Source of the DNA: a virus
Taxonomy: Duplodnaviria > Caudoviricetes
Virus record (IMG/VR): IMGVR_UViG_3300033463_000049
Coordinates: 38,217-102,216 of that record
Direction: 5' to 3' (one strand)
Length of the DNA: 64,000 nucleotides
Part shown: positions 39,101-49,946 of the stretch, in pieces
How positions within the stretch are numbered: position 1 is the first letter of the stretch
Layout: each line of letters begins with the position of its first letter
Program-made: the position numbers and the translations under genes
The notes under the pieces: model-generated
Database searches by the model: none
What the model was told of the DNA's origin: nothing
Seen by the model: the letters and a program-made list of their open reading frames with translations, nothing else

Positions 39101-42100
39101 ATAAAACAGTACCAACCGTGGTTGTATTGCAGTCATTCTTATAGCAGACGTTACCCCAACTTCTAGAAGATGTAGAATCAGTGAGAGCTGTAAGCGATAG
39201 TACGCATTCTTACTATATGTATAACATGCACGATAATTTTGGAGCATATGCTGCAATATTTGATATGCTTAGTAAGGATGTTAAAGATCATTTCTTTAGA
39301 GACGAGCTTGATGAAGAATTTAAAGGAATAACTACTATCGATAAATTGTCTATAACAAAAGATATAGACTCTATGATTTCAGTAATCAACGATGCTGCAG
39401 CTACTGCCCAAGATGGAGTGAGATATATGTATAATATTTTGCTCAACAATGTAAGAAGGGATTTGGCAGATCTCAGTACTGAAATAAACTATAGCGATAC
39501 TAAAGCATTTTTAGATCAAATAAATAGTATAGGCTTCGATACCAATTCGTTTATAGATATACTTGGAGCTAAAGACGGAGCAGAAGATCCACTCCTTAAA
39601 TCTATAGTATATTTAGTAAACAAGGCTTTACGAAAATCCAAAGATCAGACTAGAGAAATAGTTACAAAACTATTAAAGTTAAAAGATAAACTTGCTCCGG
39701 GAGAATCTTTATTGACTTTATACGAAGTTGACGAAAACGGAAGAACTACTCAATTCTTGGTAAGAGATTTAAATTTTGGTAAGTTTTATAGGGATTATAA
39801 AGAATTTCAAGAGTCTCTCAATAAGAAATACGGATTGCCAGAAGGAAATAGGTCTGCCCCATCTGATGTAGAAGCTCGTAGAAAGTACAACCAAGACAAA
39901 AATAAATGGCTATCGGAACATTGTGAAAGAAGATTTGTTTAGAAATATTATGATGCGTACGCAAGTCTTTCGGACGATACATTGGAGCAGTTGAATGCCA
40001 TACGTACTGCAATATCTGCAATAAAATATGAAGCTTTCGACGAAAACGATAAGATGTATCATTATGATAGACTTTCAGAAGATCAATGGAAAAGACTGCA
40101 AGGTTTATATATACAAAAAAGAGTTCTTTCTTCTGATTATACTATCTACGGCGATTTAAAGATAGAAGGTACAGATCAATATCGTTGGGCAAAAGAACTT
40201 CAATAGTTGAATGAAACTTTATACAATAAGACCGACTAGGAAATAAAGTATGCAACTGAACTATGGGAAGCAGAACGAAAAAGGGTGTTAAAACAAGCTG
40301 TTGATAAGTATACTGTAGATGGAGAAACAAATCTTATTGCTGTAAAACGTGTAATAGATAAATGGGACGAACGAAATTCTAAAAGAGTATTCAAAAGTGA
40401 CGACGAAGGCCTTCTCATATTTAATTTAATCAAAGAAGAGACTGAAAAGAATGTAGGATTCGAAGAACCTGTTTACGAATTAAACGGAGATCAGGGTGCT
40501 GCTTATCAAGCAAACAAAGATCGTATAAATCAGATTATAAATCTATTTAGAGATTACAATACAGGTGAGCCCAATTTGGAAGTAATGCCTGCGCAAGTTA
40601 AAGCTAATCTTAGGAAACTTGAAAAAGAGAATAAAAAGATTAGACAAGATGCTATTGCTGGAAATAGAGATTTGATTCGTAAATCAAAGGCTTTCAGACG
40701 AGAATACCGCAAAGTATTTAATAAATATCTGAAGACAGAATACACTAAGTACTATAGAAAATTACATCCTGTCGAGGACATGTATATTACCAGCGGAGAC
40801 GATGTTAGAGTCATCAAAAAACGTTGGGAAACCATTTTAAAAGTAAACAAGGGTTTTGACAAAGAAGGTGTTTCGTATTAGGAGAAATTTACCGAACTCA
40901 TTCCCGGTGATGGATGGATTAACCGAGATGATAATGATCAACTTCTTAATTTAGAATACAAAAAAGCTGGATATAATGTACCGTATATACCTAAGAAAGA
41001 TTTGTATGATAATTCTAAATAGTATAATAAAATAATGTCATCTCCTACATTAAAAGCTGTGTATACAGCACTTGTTGGAGATAAGGAGACTGGAGAAACT
41101 GGCGTATTGTAGGAAGCCAATGCTAAATAGTTTAATAGACAATACCAAGACGATTATTTACTTCCCGGAATTACTGGTTCGATGTGGAAGTATATGAAAA
41201 ATCAGGGAGTATTTGGGTCTGTTACACAAGCTTTAGCATATACTTGTGACCATTTGGGATTTACCCAACAAGGTTTGTCTCAAGATACATCATTTGGACA
41301 GTCTGTAGATTCTGCATTAGAAAGTATTAATGATTTGTACGAAGTAGTTTCTTCTGAAAATCAAGTATTTGGTGGAAAAGCGACCGGTACTCGCCCGGAT
41401 GGAAGACAGTTTAGCATAATCCCTCAGTATTACACCAAAAGACTAGAAGACCCTTCTCAGTTGTCATCAGATTTAATTGGTATCGTATGTAGTTATTATG
41501 AAAACGCTTGTAATTTCGAAAACAAGAGTGAAATAAAGGACTATGTTGAATCTTTAGTTGACGCAATTGAAAATAGAAGATATGAAATCGTCAACAAAAA
41601 TACCGGCAATAGAGAAATAAAAGAGGGTTCGCAAACTAAAACTTTCAAGAGTGCTAAAAAGTTTGTAGAAATGAATCTCTATAACGTTAGGTCCGATAAC
41701 AATAAAATAGGTCTTAATATAGGTGACAGCCGATATGAATTAAGCTTAGGAAAAACTGCTTAGAATTTCTCAAGATTAACTCAAGCTTTAAACCTCGGTA
41801 TGTCTCCAGCCGTAGCGTTAACCGGCTTCTTTACGGCTCAATATACGCATTTAATCAATGCTATAGTTGGTGATAGAGGATACGGAATGAACGAATGGAC
41901 TCAGGCAACAGGAGAAGTAATTGGTCATTATATACGAAACTACGGTGGAATGCAATATGCAAGCAATCAACTTTCTAACGATAAAGTTATGCTTCTTGCA
42001 GAAATGTTCGATGTTTCAAACCAACTTAAGCGCAAATTTAAAAACACAAATAGAAGTCGATTTGTCAGATTTTTAGATAACTGGTGTTTTGGAATGCTTA

Positions 42101-43194
42101 CTGCATGTGACTTCGCATCCAAATCAACTATAATGGTGACTGTACTGATGTCTCATAGATTTATGAACGGTAAATTCATGACAAAAGAAGACGTCTTAAA
42201 TACTCTCGAGGCATCTACTGAAGAAGGTCGCAAACGACTTTTAGAGCAGTGGGAAAAAGGTAAGAATTTATATTCAATATTCTCAGTAAAAGATCGCGAT
42301 TTACAAATAGATAAAGAGTATGCGGAAGCTTTTGAAAAGGTAAGACATACTGTATATAGTAGAATAAACAAAACTGCTGAAAATGCGGACGGTATGGCAA
42401 CTGAGACACAGAAGGCCGCAATGACCACTAACTTCTTTGGCGCAGCAGTACTTACTCACAGACAGTATTTACCACTGATGATTCAACAGCGTTTCTTACC
42501 GATGACTTATGATTTTGATATGTAGATATATACACAAGGTCAATATATAGTAGATTGGTAGTTCTTTAGAAATGTGTGCATATCTTCTGCGATCGATTTA
42601 ATAAAATCAAAATCAATACAAAGCGCTATCAACACGTGGAAACAAAATTATGACATTTTCATCAACGATACGTCTTCTGAGGAAAATTGGAAAATATCAA
42701 GAGCGCGTAAAAAGGCGTTGAAGAAAACTATAACAGAACTTTCAATGTTTTTTATAGCAGTCGTTCCTCTCGTGCAATTAATATGCATGTTTGCTGACGG
42801 CGACGATAAAAAAGATGATTTAGCATTGCAACTCGCCGCATATGTTGCAAGGCGTGTACAATGGGAAACATTCACTCCATATAGAATGAGTGATATTTTC
42901 AACAATGTTAAATCACCTTCTGCACAAACTGGCACGCTCGATAAAGTTTCTAATCTTTGGAGTCAGTTAAGCAGAAGAGCAATGCCTAGAGCAAGCCTAT
43001 TAGACACGTTGCTTGGATTGGAACAAAATAGTGAGTATAATGATATTATAATGAGAGGTGTTTACGAAGGACATTCGCGAATGTATAAAGCGCTAATGTA
43101 GCTTACACCTTATCACAACTTATACGAACAATGGTACGGTTCAAAGCAAAAACGTTCTTATTACGAAAAACAAATTATGCAATTAGATAATTAA
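36181..43194 (+). CDS. Large ejected polyvalent protein (code 15, ~2337 aa): ART-PolyVal with nested HD domain, zincin, helical C-terminus
   Basis: Ten track ORFs in frame; FFNWFGDW...SKVVDENGEPLVVWHGS...NQIKH..NLGTFD; AAMFHDAAKP; LHEVVH; TAA at 43192-43194. Confidence 0.85.
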
Positions 43195-43197
43195 AAT

Positions 43198-43235
43198 AAT
43201 CCCGAGCTACTTTTATAAGCAGCCCGGGATTTTTC
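43198..43235. terminator. Probable bidirectional terminator between convergent arms
   Basis: AATCCCGAGCTAC...GCAGCCCGGGATT hairpin flanked by A/T tracts. Confidence 0.75.
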
Positions 43236-43256
43236 ATTACACATACATCTATCGTT

Positions 43257-43682
43257 TTACAATAGCTTCTTAAAATAAGAATTAAACAAGTCCTTGTTTA
43301 TTGCTGAAGAACCTGCTTTTGCAATAATGTCACAAAGATACTTCTTTTCCTCTGGAATTTTTACAGTAAGTTTGTAATTTTTCTCTGTATATTCTCCATT
43401 ATAGAACATACCCTTGTCAACATTTTTTGCCTCCTCATAACAATTCTTCTTATAAGATATTGTCAATAAGGACATTGTGACTAAATCAGAATAATCGATA
43501 TCGTCAATATTTTCGTTTTTACACAACTTAATATTGTCGAATAATATTGGTAACATGTACCAAGCTTTACTTCTATCACCTTCTGCATTCATATCTTCAC
43601 AACAACTGTCTTCTTTTGACAAAAAGTTGCCAGATTCATCACAAGTATATGTTTTGTCTATGTAATTAATTTCTGTATTCAT
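43257..43682 (-). CDS. Hypothetical protein
   Basis: 141-aa ORF closely following the upstream gene. Confidence 0.65.
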   Translation of the reverse strand: MNTEINYIDKTYTCDESGNFLSKEDSCCEDMNAEGDRSKAWYMLPILFDNIKLCKNENIDDIDYSDLVTMSLLTISYKKNCYEEAKNVDKGMFYNGEYTEKNYKLTVKIPEEKKYLCDIIAKAGSSAINKDLFNSYFKKLL

Positions 43683-43684
43683 AA

Positions 43685-44758
43685 TTATAATTCTAATATT
43701 TCTGAACCATCGCCTTCATAATAGGCTCTACTATGTTCCCACTTACCTGTAGACTGATGCCAAGCAATATGAATTATGGCTGAAAAGATTATTTTATCTC
43801 TTTCAACTATTAACGCTTCTGGAATCTTAAACACTCTTATTTCATAAGAACCAGTTGTATCAATTCCAATGATATAAAATTCAAATTTCCAACTGTTAGG
43901 GTCTTCATTACATTCGTTTTTCAAATACCACCATACTGCAGATTTATAGTATGCTAACTGCCTACCATAATCGTACATCTCTATACTTTCCTCAAAGTGC
44001 CACAACTTAGCTGTGGTCTTTAAGTCGTATATAATAGCTTTCTTATTCTTAAAATCTAATGTAAGACCGTCCAATAAGGATTTGCATTTTACATTCATTT
44101 GTACAACATCTTCCGGTAAAGCTTTATTACTTTTAAATGTTTCAAATTTATACTCCCAGTTTATATGGAATTCGTGATATGCTGCGTGAATAATAGTACC
44201 TGGCTCAGGCTCATCTAAAAACGGTTTAGATGTTTCTAAAACAGGTGTTTCTATTATCTTACTAGCAAGCTTGTGAGATTGGATGTTTTGCTTAATTTTT
44301 TCAAGCATTTTGGCATCCCAAGGACTAATCATAATCCTTCCATCATTTGCTTTCAGGAAGTCAATATAATCCTTCAACGTAGAGGCTATTTTCAGGCCTT
44401 CTGACAGCATTGTTTCATCTGTCTTTCCTCTTGTACTATACGCCTCTTTATAGGCGCTTAGAACGGCTTTATTTGGTTCGATTTCAACTGTGTTAGCTAA
44501 CTCTTGACAGAACTTCTCTTGTTGTGCAGAAGAAGGTTTACCTTTGTCCCAGACTACATAGTCTTTTTGGAACTCTTCAGGTTGTAGAATGTATTCGTGA
44601 ATCATTGTTCCACGTTCCAGTACTGGATTCTTCTCTTCTGGCACGTCTTCAGTTAGCATCTTATGTAAAAAGGCTGGCCCCTTATTCAGAAACCAGCCTA
44701 TATTCGAATTGCTTATACGAGTTTTATCCTCGTAATACGGTATAGAAATATCCATCAT
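43685..44758 (-). CDS. PD-(D/E)XK exonuclease (RecB/ExoVIII-like)
   Basis: ISNS, GTMIHEYIL, KSLLD, IYDLKTT, YGRQLAYY motifs. Confidence 0.85.
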   Translation of the reverse strand: MMDISIPYYEDKTRISNSNIGWFLNKGPAFLHKMLTEDVPEEKNPVLERGTMIHEYILQPEEFQKDYVVWDKGKPSSAQQEKFCQELANTVEIEPNKAVLSAYKEAYSTRGKTDETMLSEGLKIASTLKDYIDFLKANDGRIMISPWDAKMLEKIKQNIQSHKLASKIIETPVLETSKPFLDEPEPGTIIHAAYHEFHINWEYKFETFKSNKALPEDVVQMNVKCKSLLDGLTLDFKNKKAIIYDLKTTAKLWHFEESIEMYDYGRQLAYYKSAVWWYLKNECNEDPNSWKFEFYIIGIDTTGSYEIRVFKIPEALIVERDKIIFSAIIHIAWHQSTGKWEHSRAYYEGDGSEILEL

Positions 44759-45537
44759 TGCTTTTCAATGTTCAAGTCTTCGAGAATATTCTCGAGTGAC
44801 TCATCAGGATTGTTCTTAACCTCGTCAGCAAATACGATAACGTTATCATAAGATATTACACCAAGATTGTCTGCAATAAATGACGCTACCTCACATGCTT
44901 TATCTTCTTCAAGAATATCAGTAAGAATACCAAGTATGGCATCTACTGTCAGACACTTAAAGTCGCGCTTATAACGTATACGTGAACATCTGTCATTCAG
45001 ATAATCACTTACTTCTTCTTCATCATTGCAAGTACAAATCACCAGTTTCTTTCCTGTGGGTTTAACACCATCGAGGAAACCAAGCAGATAACTTGTGTTC
45101 CAATACTTGTCTAACTCATCGAAGAGTACACAAGTGTCAATTTCTATACGAGAGAAGAAACTTTCAATTTCTCCAGCACGTACAGATTTATCTACCACAA
45201 TGATAGGAACATTAGAATTCATGGCAATGTGTTTTGCCATCAACGTTTTACCGCTTCCCTTTATACCAGAAAGCAGTACACCAGTAGTGAGTTTGCTAGT
45301 GGTTTTAAACGTATTTACAACTTTGTTTACAAAGCGCTTATCGGCAGCACTCTGATAATACTTCTCCGGCATCTGAAAGTCGTTGTCTTCTTTCAAATAC
45401 AACTCGTCGGAATATCTATCACTCAGGAGAACGTATACTTTGCCGGACTTCAGTTCATAGTCCATACCGTTCGGTTTCGGCGTAATCTGATCACCGGACT
45501 TAATAAAATTATTTTTCTTTTCCATGATTATCTGCAA
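44755..45537 (-). CDS. AAA ATPase (true start probably a few codons downstream, MEKK)
   Basis: Walker A GIKGSGKT, Walker B VLFDELDK, DRCSR arginine finger. Confidence 0.85.
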   Translation of the reverse strand: MQIIMEKKNNFIKSGDQITPKPNGMDYELKSGKVYVLLSDRYSDELYLKEDNDFQMPEKYYQSAADKRFVNKVVNTFKTTSKLTTGVLLSGIKGSGKTLMAKHIAMNSNVPIIVVDKSVRAGEIESFFSRIEIDTCVLFDELDKYWNTSYLLGFLDGVKPTGKKLVICTCNDEEEVSDYLNDRCSRIRYKRDFKCLTVDAILGILTDILEEDKACEVASFIADNLGVISYDNVIVFADEVKNNPDESLENILEDLNIEKQ

Positions 45538-45904
45538 TTAATGACTGAATCATTTCGTCAACCTGTTTATGATTACGTACTAAGAAACACTTCATTTTGC
45601 TTCTGTGTCTCTTAAGGTAATACTTAAACAACTTGTAACGTAAGGGAAATGAGTCTCCCATCAGACCTTTACACTCAACTACAAATCCACGACCAATAAA
45701 GTCTGGCAGATATGTAATCGGACGAATCTTCTCGTCTAAATACGAGAATCCGGGAAGTAGAGTAAAGTGCTTTGGCTCATACTTAACAGGTATTCCTGCT
45801 TTCATAAAAGCTTCATAAGTATAGCACTCCAGTTTGCTTCTGAAATGTATTCCATACTTATCGACACTTGTCGCATTTTTTACTCTACCTTCACCCCTTT
45901 TCAT
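45509..45904 (-). CDS. Small PD-(D/E)XK endonuclease (DUF1064/T7 endo I-like)
   Basis: FRSKLE...YEP...TYLPDF...VVECKG. Confidence 0.8.
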   Translation of the reverse strand: MKRGEGRVKNATSVDKYGIHFRSKLECYTYEAFMKAGIPVKYEPKHFTLLPGFSYLDEKIRPITYLPDFIGRGFVVECKGLMGDSFPLRYKLFKYYLKRHRSKMKCFLVRNHKQVDEMIQSLIADNHGKEK

Positions 45905-46181
45905 TTTTATCTACAAAGATTATGTTTCCGTCTTCGTCGAAAATCACTCCATCACCAACAAGGTTACCTTTTTCATCTGATGCACAAACATGTATGTGTT
46001 CGGGGAATACAAATCCTCTCCACACATGAATCTGCTTGCCGTTGGCAATATTGTACTTAAGCACTTTACCACCAAGAGCCTTTTCGGTAATCTTGTCGTG
46101 CAATGCGATACTAGTTAAAATTAGAGATGCCAGTGCTCCAAGAGCAAAGAATCCCAATCCTATCATGATACTTTCAAGCAT
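45891..46181 (-). CDS. Small membrane protein
   Basis: N-terminal TM helix; overlaps both neighbours. Confidence 0.6.
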   Translation of the reverse strand: MLESIMIGLGFFALGALASLILTSIALHDKITEKALGGKVLKYNIANGKQIHVWRGFVFPEHIHVCASDEKGNLVGDGVIFDEDGNIIFVDKNEKG

Positions 46182-47151
46182 ATTTTTGAAGTGTTGAGTT
46201 TAACCAATTTTTTACTTCGCTAAATCCATTGTCTCTAACAGCATCAGAGATGTCTTTAGCCTTGAACTTTTTATGGACGAATATAGCATCAAATTTGTAT
46301 TGTCTACTATAATCGCGAGCTTTCAACATACCAGTCCTATCCCTGTCATATAGTATAACTATATGCCTCCACTTACTCCGTAAGCTTTGTAATATGTCTT
46401 CTGGTATAAAAGTTGTTTCACTCGAAGCAGCTATCGCATAATATCCCATCTCATATAGGCACATAACGTCTTTTAAAGATTTCGTTATGATGAGAAGATT
46501 CCCACCCTCCTTGGGCAATTCAGCAAGACCTTGGACGTGACGATTTGTCAGATTCGTACGCCATTTAGTATACTTAGAGGCTAAGGGTCGATAAATTTTA
46601 AACTTATCAAACACCTTGTACGCATACATAGGACTTGTTTCTTTGTAAGTACCTCGGACGACATTATTACAAAGAAAATATTTGATACTAAAGACATTAA
46701 ATTTCTTTAAAGTATCTATGCTTATATGAAACTGCTTCCAATAACGCTTATCTACGTCATTGAATGGCTGACGTACTATTCCAATATCTGTCATACCAGA
46801 ACTAACTCTAGGACACGTTGTATTTGTCCGTATAGTTTGATTTGGATTCATACGTCTAACAATCGCTAAAAGTTCTCTTTCGAGCTCTTCTCGTGTTTGT
46901 ATACCACGATATAGTTTAACAAACTTTAATGCATTACCAGCTTCACCGGTTCCGTGATCTTTAAACAACAAATCTCCAGTTCTGCTAGGAAATATAGCAA
47001 AGCTGGGGATTTTATCGTCTGGTCTCAATGGACTATTCATCAGTTTCCCTGGTTTAAATGCTCCGATATAGTAGGAATACATACTATAATCGTCCAGTTT
47101 ATCCAATAAGTCTCTAAGACTCATTGTGATTGCTGTTTTTGTACTATACAT
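46174..47151 (-). CDS. dnaG: DNA primase (DnaG family)
   Basis: SPLRPDDKIPSF, FKDHG, TOPRIM IITKSLKDVM and LYDRDRTG, KDISD. Start reassigned to MYSTKTA because the upstream extension is a tRNA-like RNA. Confidence 0.88.
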   Translation of the reverse strand: MYSTKTAITMSLRDLLDKLDDYSMYSYYIGAFKPGKLMNSPLRPDDKIPSFAIFPSRTGDLLFKDHGTGEAGNALKFVKLYRGIQTREELERELLAIVRRMNPNQTIRTNTTCPRVSSGMTDIGIVRQPFNDVDKRYWKQFHISIDTLKKFNVFSIKYFLCNNVVRGTYKETSPMYAYKVFDKFKIYRPLASKYTKWRTNLTNRHVQGLAELPKEGGNLLIITKSLKDVMCLYEMGYYAIAASSETTFIPEDILQSLRSKWRHIVILYDRDRTGMLKARDYSRQYKFDAIFVHKKFKAKDISDAVRDNGFSEVKNWLNSTLQKYA

Positions 47152-47177
47152 GACATTAAAGTACTTTAATAGTATTG

Positions 47178-47333
47178 TGGGAATTATGGGATTCGAACCC
47201 ATACTGAACTTCGCTACAGTTTGGCGCTTTTGTCTTGATGTGTACATCCCTTTCGGTTCCGTACAATGGTAACATCTCAATACACGTTGTTCCTTACCTC
47301 CTAATGTTAGTGCTACCGTTACACTAAATTCCC
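47178..47333 (-). ncRNA. tRNA-like RNA 1 (156 nt): acceptor, D and T arms; anticodon arm replaced by a multi-hairpin insert
   Basis: GGGAATT/AATTCCC+A; D arm GTGT-AACGGTA-GCAC; T arm ATGGG-TTCGAAT-CCCAT. Confidence 0.75.
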
Positions 47334-47592
47334 CTAAAAGATGGCGGGCTTACCTTCTCCGTGCATTACAATAAATCGTATTTCCAGAGCACCTTCAACA
47401 CTAGGACCTCGGACCACCCGTCTTAGTTTCCTTTCAGACTTATTAACCATCTTTTGTATTTGCGCTCCCCTAGAAAATCATAAACTCAAGGAGCCTGAGA
47501 ATGTATCTGCATACACTTGTGGCACATCCGACCGCCTATGTGCATAAATATCATAACGTCTTATATCACATTGTCCATTCTCGTTTTATTTG

Positions 47593-47715
47593 TACTACCA
47601 GTGAGACTCGAACTCACATTAACTGCACCGTGTATGGCCGTTCTATCTTTATGGCGAACACCTTCCTCGCCTTCCATCTTGTGGCAGTGGTATGCCTATT
47701 CCCACTCATAGTAGT
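47593..47715 (-). ncRNA. tRNA-like RNA 2 (123 nt) with expanded central domain
   Basis: ACTACTA/TGGTAGT+A; D arm GTGG-GAATAGGCATA-CCAC; T arm GTGAG-TTCGAGT-CTCAC. Confidence 0.7.
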
Positions 47716-47720
47716 TTTTA

Positions 47721-48077
47721 TTAATACCATTCGGTCCAATATAAAGAATCAGAATCCGACCAGTTCTTTTCCCAGTCTCTAAACTCTTTTTCAGACCAAT
47801 TGTTTCTTTTTTTCAAGCATCTTTTTGAACAACTGTATTGTAAGGAATCCTCGCATAAGTATCCTTCTTCCATCAACTTTCCACATGTATCACATACTCT
47901 ACAACTTTCTATGTCGAGTAACTCAAGTATCGACCGACGTACATCTCTGTTACCTCGTTCCAATGCTTTCTTTATTGATGGAAATACATAGTCAAACGCT
48001 TCTCCAAATAAATCTTTACTCTTTGTTATAATTTCTTTATAACAATTAGCAGACACTAGTTCTTCTAGCTTCTTCAT
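47721..48077 (-). CDS. Hypothetical Cys-rich (Zn-finger-like) protein
   Basis: CDTC...CSKRC; start reassigned to ATG 48077. Confidence 0.65.
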   Translation of the reverse strand: MKKLEELVSANCYKEIITKSKDLFGEAFDYVFPSIKKALERGNRDVRRSILELLDIESCRVCDTCGKLMEEGYLCEDSLQYSCSKRCLKKRNNWSEKEFRDWEKNWSDSDSLYWTEWY

Positions 48078-48195
48078 GTTTCTTTTCTTCTCGTTTATAT
48101 TCTGCAATATAACGCTTCGCTAGAACTTTCTCTCGTCCTCCGCGATTCCAGTACCAGTCCATCCAGTACTCTTTTGTTCCGTGTTTATATTTCAT
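48046..48195 (-). CDS. 49-aa hypothetical protein (not in track)
   Basis: MKYKHGTKEYWMDWYWNRGGREKVLAKRY...SVC; overlaps the next gene start. Confidence 0.5.
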   Translation of the reverse strand: MKYKHGTKEYWMDWYWNRGGREKVLAKRYIAEYKREEKKHEEARRTSVC

Positions 48196-48197
48196 AG

Positions 48198-48258
48198 TAG
48201 ATATGGTGAGACTCGAACTCACTGTAAGCCACCACCTTAGACGCTCTCTTACATATCT
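48198..48258 (-). ncRNA. tRNA-like RNA 3 (61 nt, no D arm)
   Basis: AGATATG/CATATCT+A; T arm GTGAG-TTCGAGT-CTCAC, identical to that of RNA 2. Confidence 0.65.
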
Positions 48259-48551
48259 TTCCAGTCAAACGTTCCGCTCTTTTGAGTTAAGTATACCTTC
48301 CTGTTCCCATGGCAGCTCCGGTAATACAACGAGGGTTTGACATCGTTAGGGGCTGGCTACTGCTTACGCAGCCTCCAGTCCTCCACCACTGACCTTTTAT
48401 TTCTGAGGGCGTCCCTCTCCATTCCTTGCGTGAACTGTTATTTTAATCAGAAATATTGGTTGTCAGCACCACTGACCATTATCTTTTCCAAAAGTTATGT
48501 AATATCTCAACATATTCTTCTGATATCCACATAGATCCTACTATGTGATAT

Positions 48552-49181
48552 TTAAAAAGGCAGGTCGTCAGCACCTGTATTAGACTCTGCAGTCACCGGA
48601 ATACTGTTAACTGCATCTGAAATAGTTGCAGTACCAGCAAGCGGATCTGTAGCAGGTTCTTTGTCTGCCACAATAGGACGCTCAAGAAGATCATTCTTCC
48701 AAAGCTTAATCTGCGACTCTGTTACACCCATAGCCTCAACGAATATACCAAGATTAGATACTTTCGTAAATCCGTTCTTGTCGTAAACAACCTTAAGACG
48801 CAAACCCGGCTGCATATCAGCAGGATTTATTGCCAACTGAGACTTAACCCAATTGATCATTTCAATAAATGACGAGCCTTCAAAGTCTGTATGACCACCT
48901 TTTACAGCATCGATGACCTGCAGAATACGACCGAACTGCTGATTATCACGCTTCTGAAGGTCTTCATCAGTCTTAATCCACATGTTCTTCTCGTTCTTCC
49001 ACTCTGTCATAGTTGCTGTCTGGCCATGTTCATTCTCGAAGATAATCTCCAAGAAATCACGATCATTAGAAGTCTTGTTTACGTTTACTTCTTTCAAAGT
49101 AATATTTTCATTGATGCCCACAGGCATATATGAGCTGTTAAACTCTTCGTTATTTGTTGTTGCGGTTTTTGTACTATACAT
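48552..49181 (-). CDS. Probable single-stranded DNA-binding protein
   Basis: Acidic DDLPF tail; adjacent to an AAA_24-type ATPase. Confidence 0.65.
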   Translation of the reverse strand: MYSTKTATTNNEEFNSSYMPVGINENITLKEVNVNKTSNDRDFLEIIFENEHGQTATMTEWKNEKNMWIKTDEDLQKRDNQQFGRILQVIDAVKGGHTDFEGSSFIEMINWVKSQLAINPADMQPGLRLKVVYDKNGFTKVSNLGIFVEAMGVTESQIKLWKNDLLERPIVADKEPATDPLAGTATISDAVNSIPVTAESNTGADDLPF

Positions 49182-49199
49182 ATCCCCTTAAAAATTAAA

Positions 49200-49943
49200 T
49201 TATACAGGTTTATAAATTCTATTCCAGTAAGTTGTTATACTTCCGTCTTCATTACCGGTAGCAATAACGATGTCTTTACCGGCAATATGACGTGCCCGAG
49301 CTTCCATAATGGTACCATCTCCTCCAGACTTGAAGGAAATGTGAGTCTCGTTATCCTTTCGATATACGTACCCGACAGCATCGGCCATTCCGCAGACGAT
49401 TTTACCAAGTTTTCCAACAAGGTCGATTTCTTTTGCGTTGACCTCCTCGCCGTCTTTATCGGTGATACTATCTTTGACATGTCCTACTAAAATGAATTCG
49501 TCACACAGGTCTTTGAACATGTCAATGACCTTTTTTACTGCGTCTCTTAAGTATTTGTACCCAGCACCACGAGCTAGTGTAGTGACGTCATCACCCTTCC
49601 AATTCTTACCAAGCTCGGTCTTACGATACAACGTACAAGCGTAACTCATACATATATCCTCAAGTCTGGTAGCATTGTCTATAGTGATGCGTTTATAAAA
49701 GTTGTGTCCTACTTCTGCATTCTTGGCACGTATGGCACTAGCAATCTCTCCCAAATCGTTGATGGTTCTAGCCTGGATGGCGAGAGCATCAATAAAATTA
49801 GTTCCTCCTTCCAAATCAATGATAAGGTTGTTACCCAGCTGGGCTAGACACGAGGTCTTACCAGATTTAGGAAGACCGTAAAGAACTAAATATCTAGGAT
49901 TTTCAGAGACTGCTGGAACTTTCTCTGTAGGTAAAATAAGCAT
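49200..49943 (-). CDS. AAA_24/Sak4-like RecA-fold ATPase
   Basis: LYGLPKSGKT, IIDLEGG, ITIDNAT, ILVGH, ADAVGY. Confidence 0.8.
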   Translation of the reverse strand: MLILPTEKVPAVSENPRYLVLYGLPKSGKTSCLAQLGNNLIIDLEGGTNFIDALAIQARTINDLGEIASAIRAKNAEVGHNFYKRITIDNATRLEDICMSYACTLYRKTELGKNWKGDDVTTLARGAGYKYLRDAVKKVIDMFKDLCDEFILVGHVKDSITDKDGEEVNAKEIDLVGKLGKIVCGMADAVGYVYRKDNETHISFKSGGDGTIMEARARHIAGKDIVIATGNEDGSITTYWNRIYKPV

Positions 49944-49946
49944 ATT

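Noticed and set aside
198-43194. Many short + strand ORFs suggesting pseudogenes or a decayed prophage
   Set aside because: The breaks are in-frame TAG and the frame is preserved over 16 kb; this is recoding, not decay.
47152-47280. N-terminal extensions of primase (also PolB 53861-53947 and 63898-63996)
   Set aside because: They run through tRNA-like structures; downstream ATGs fit better.
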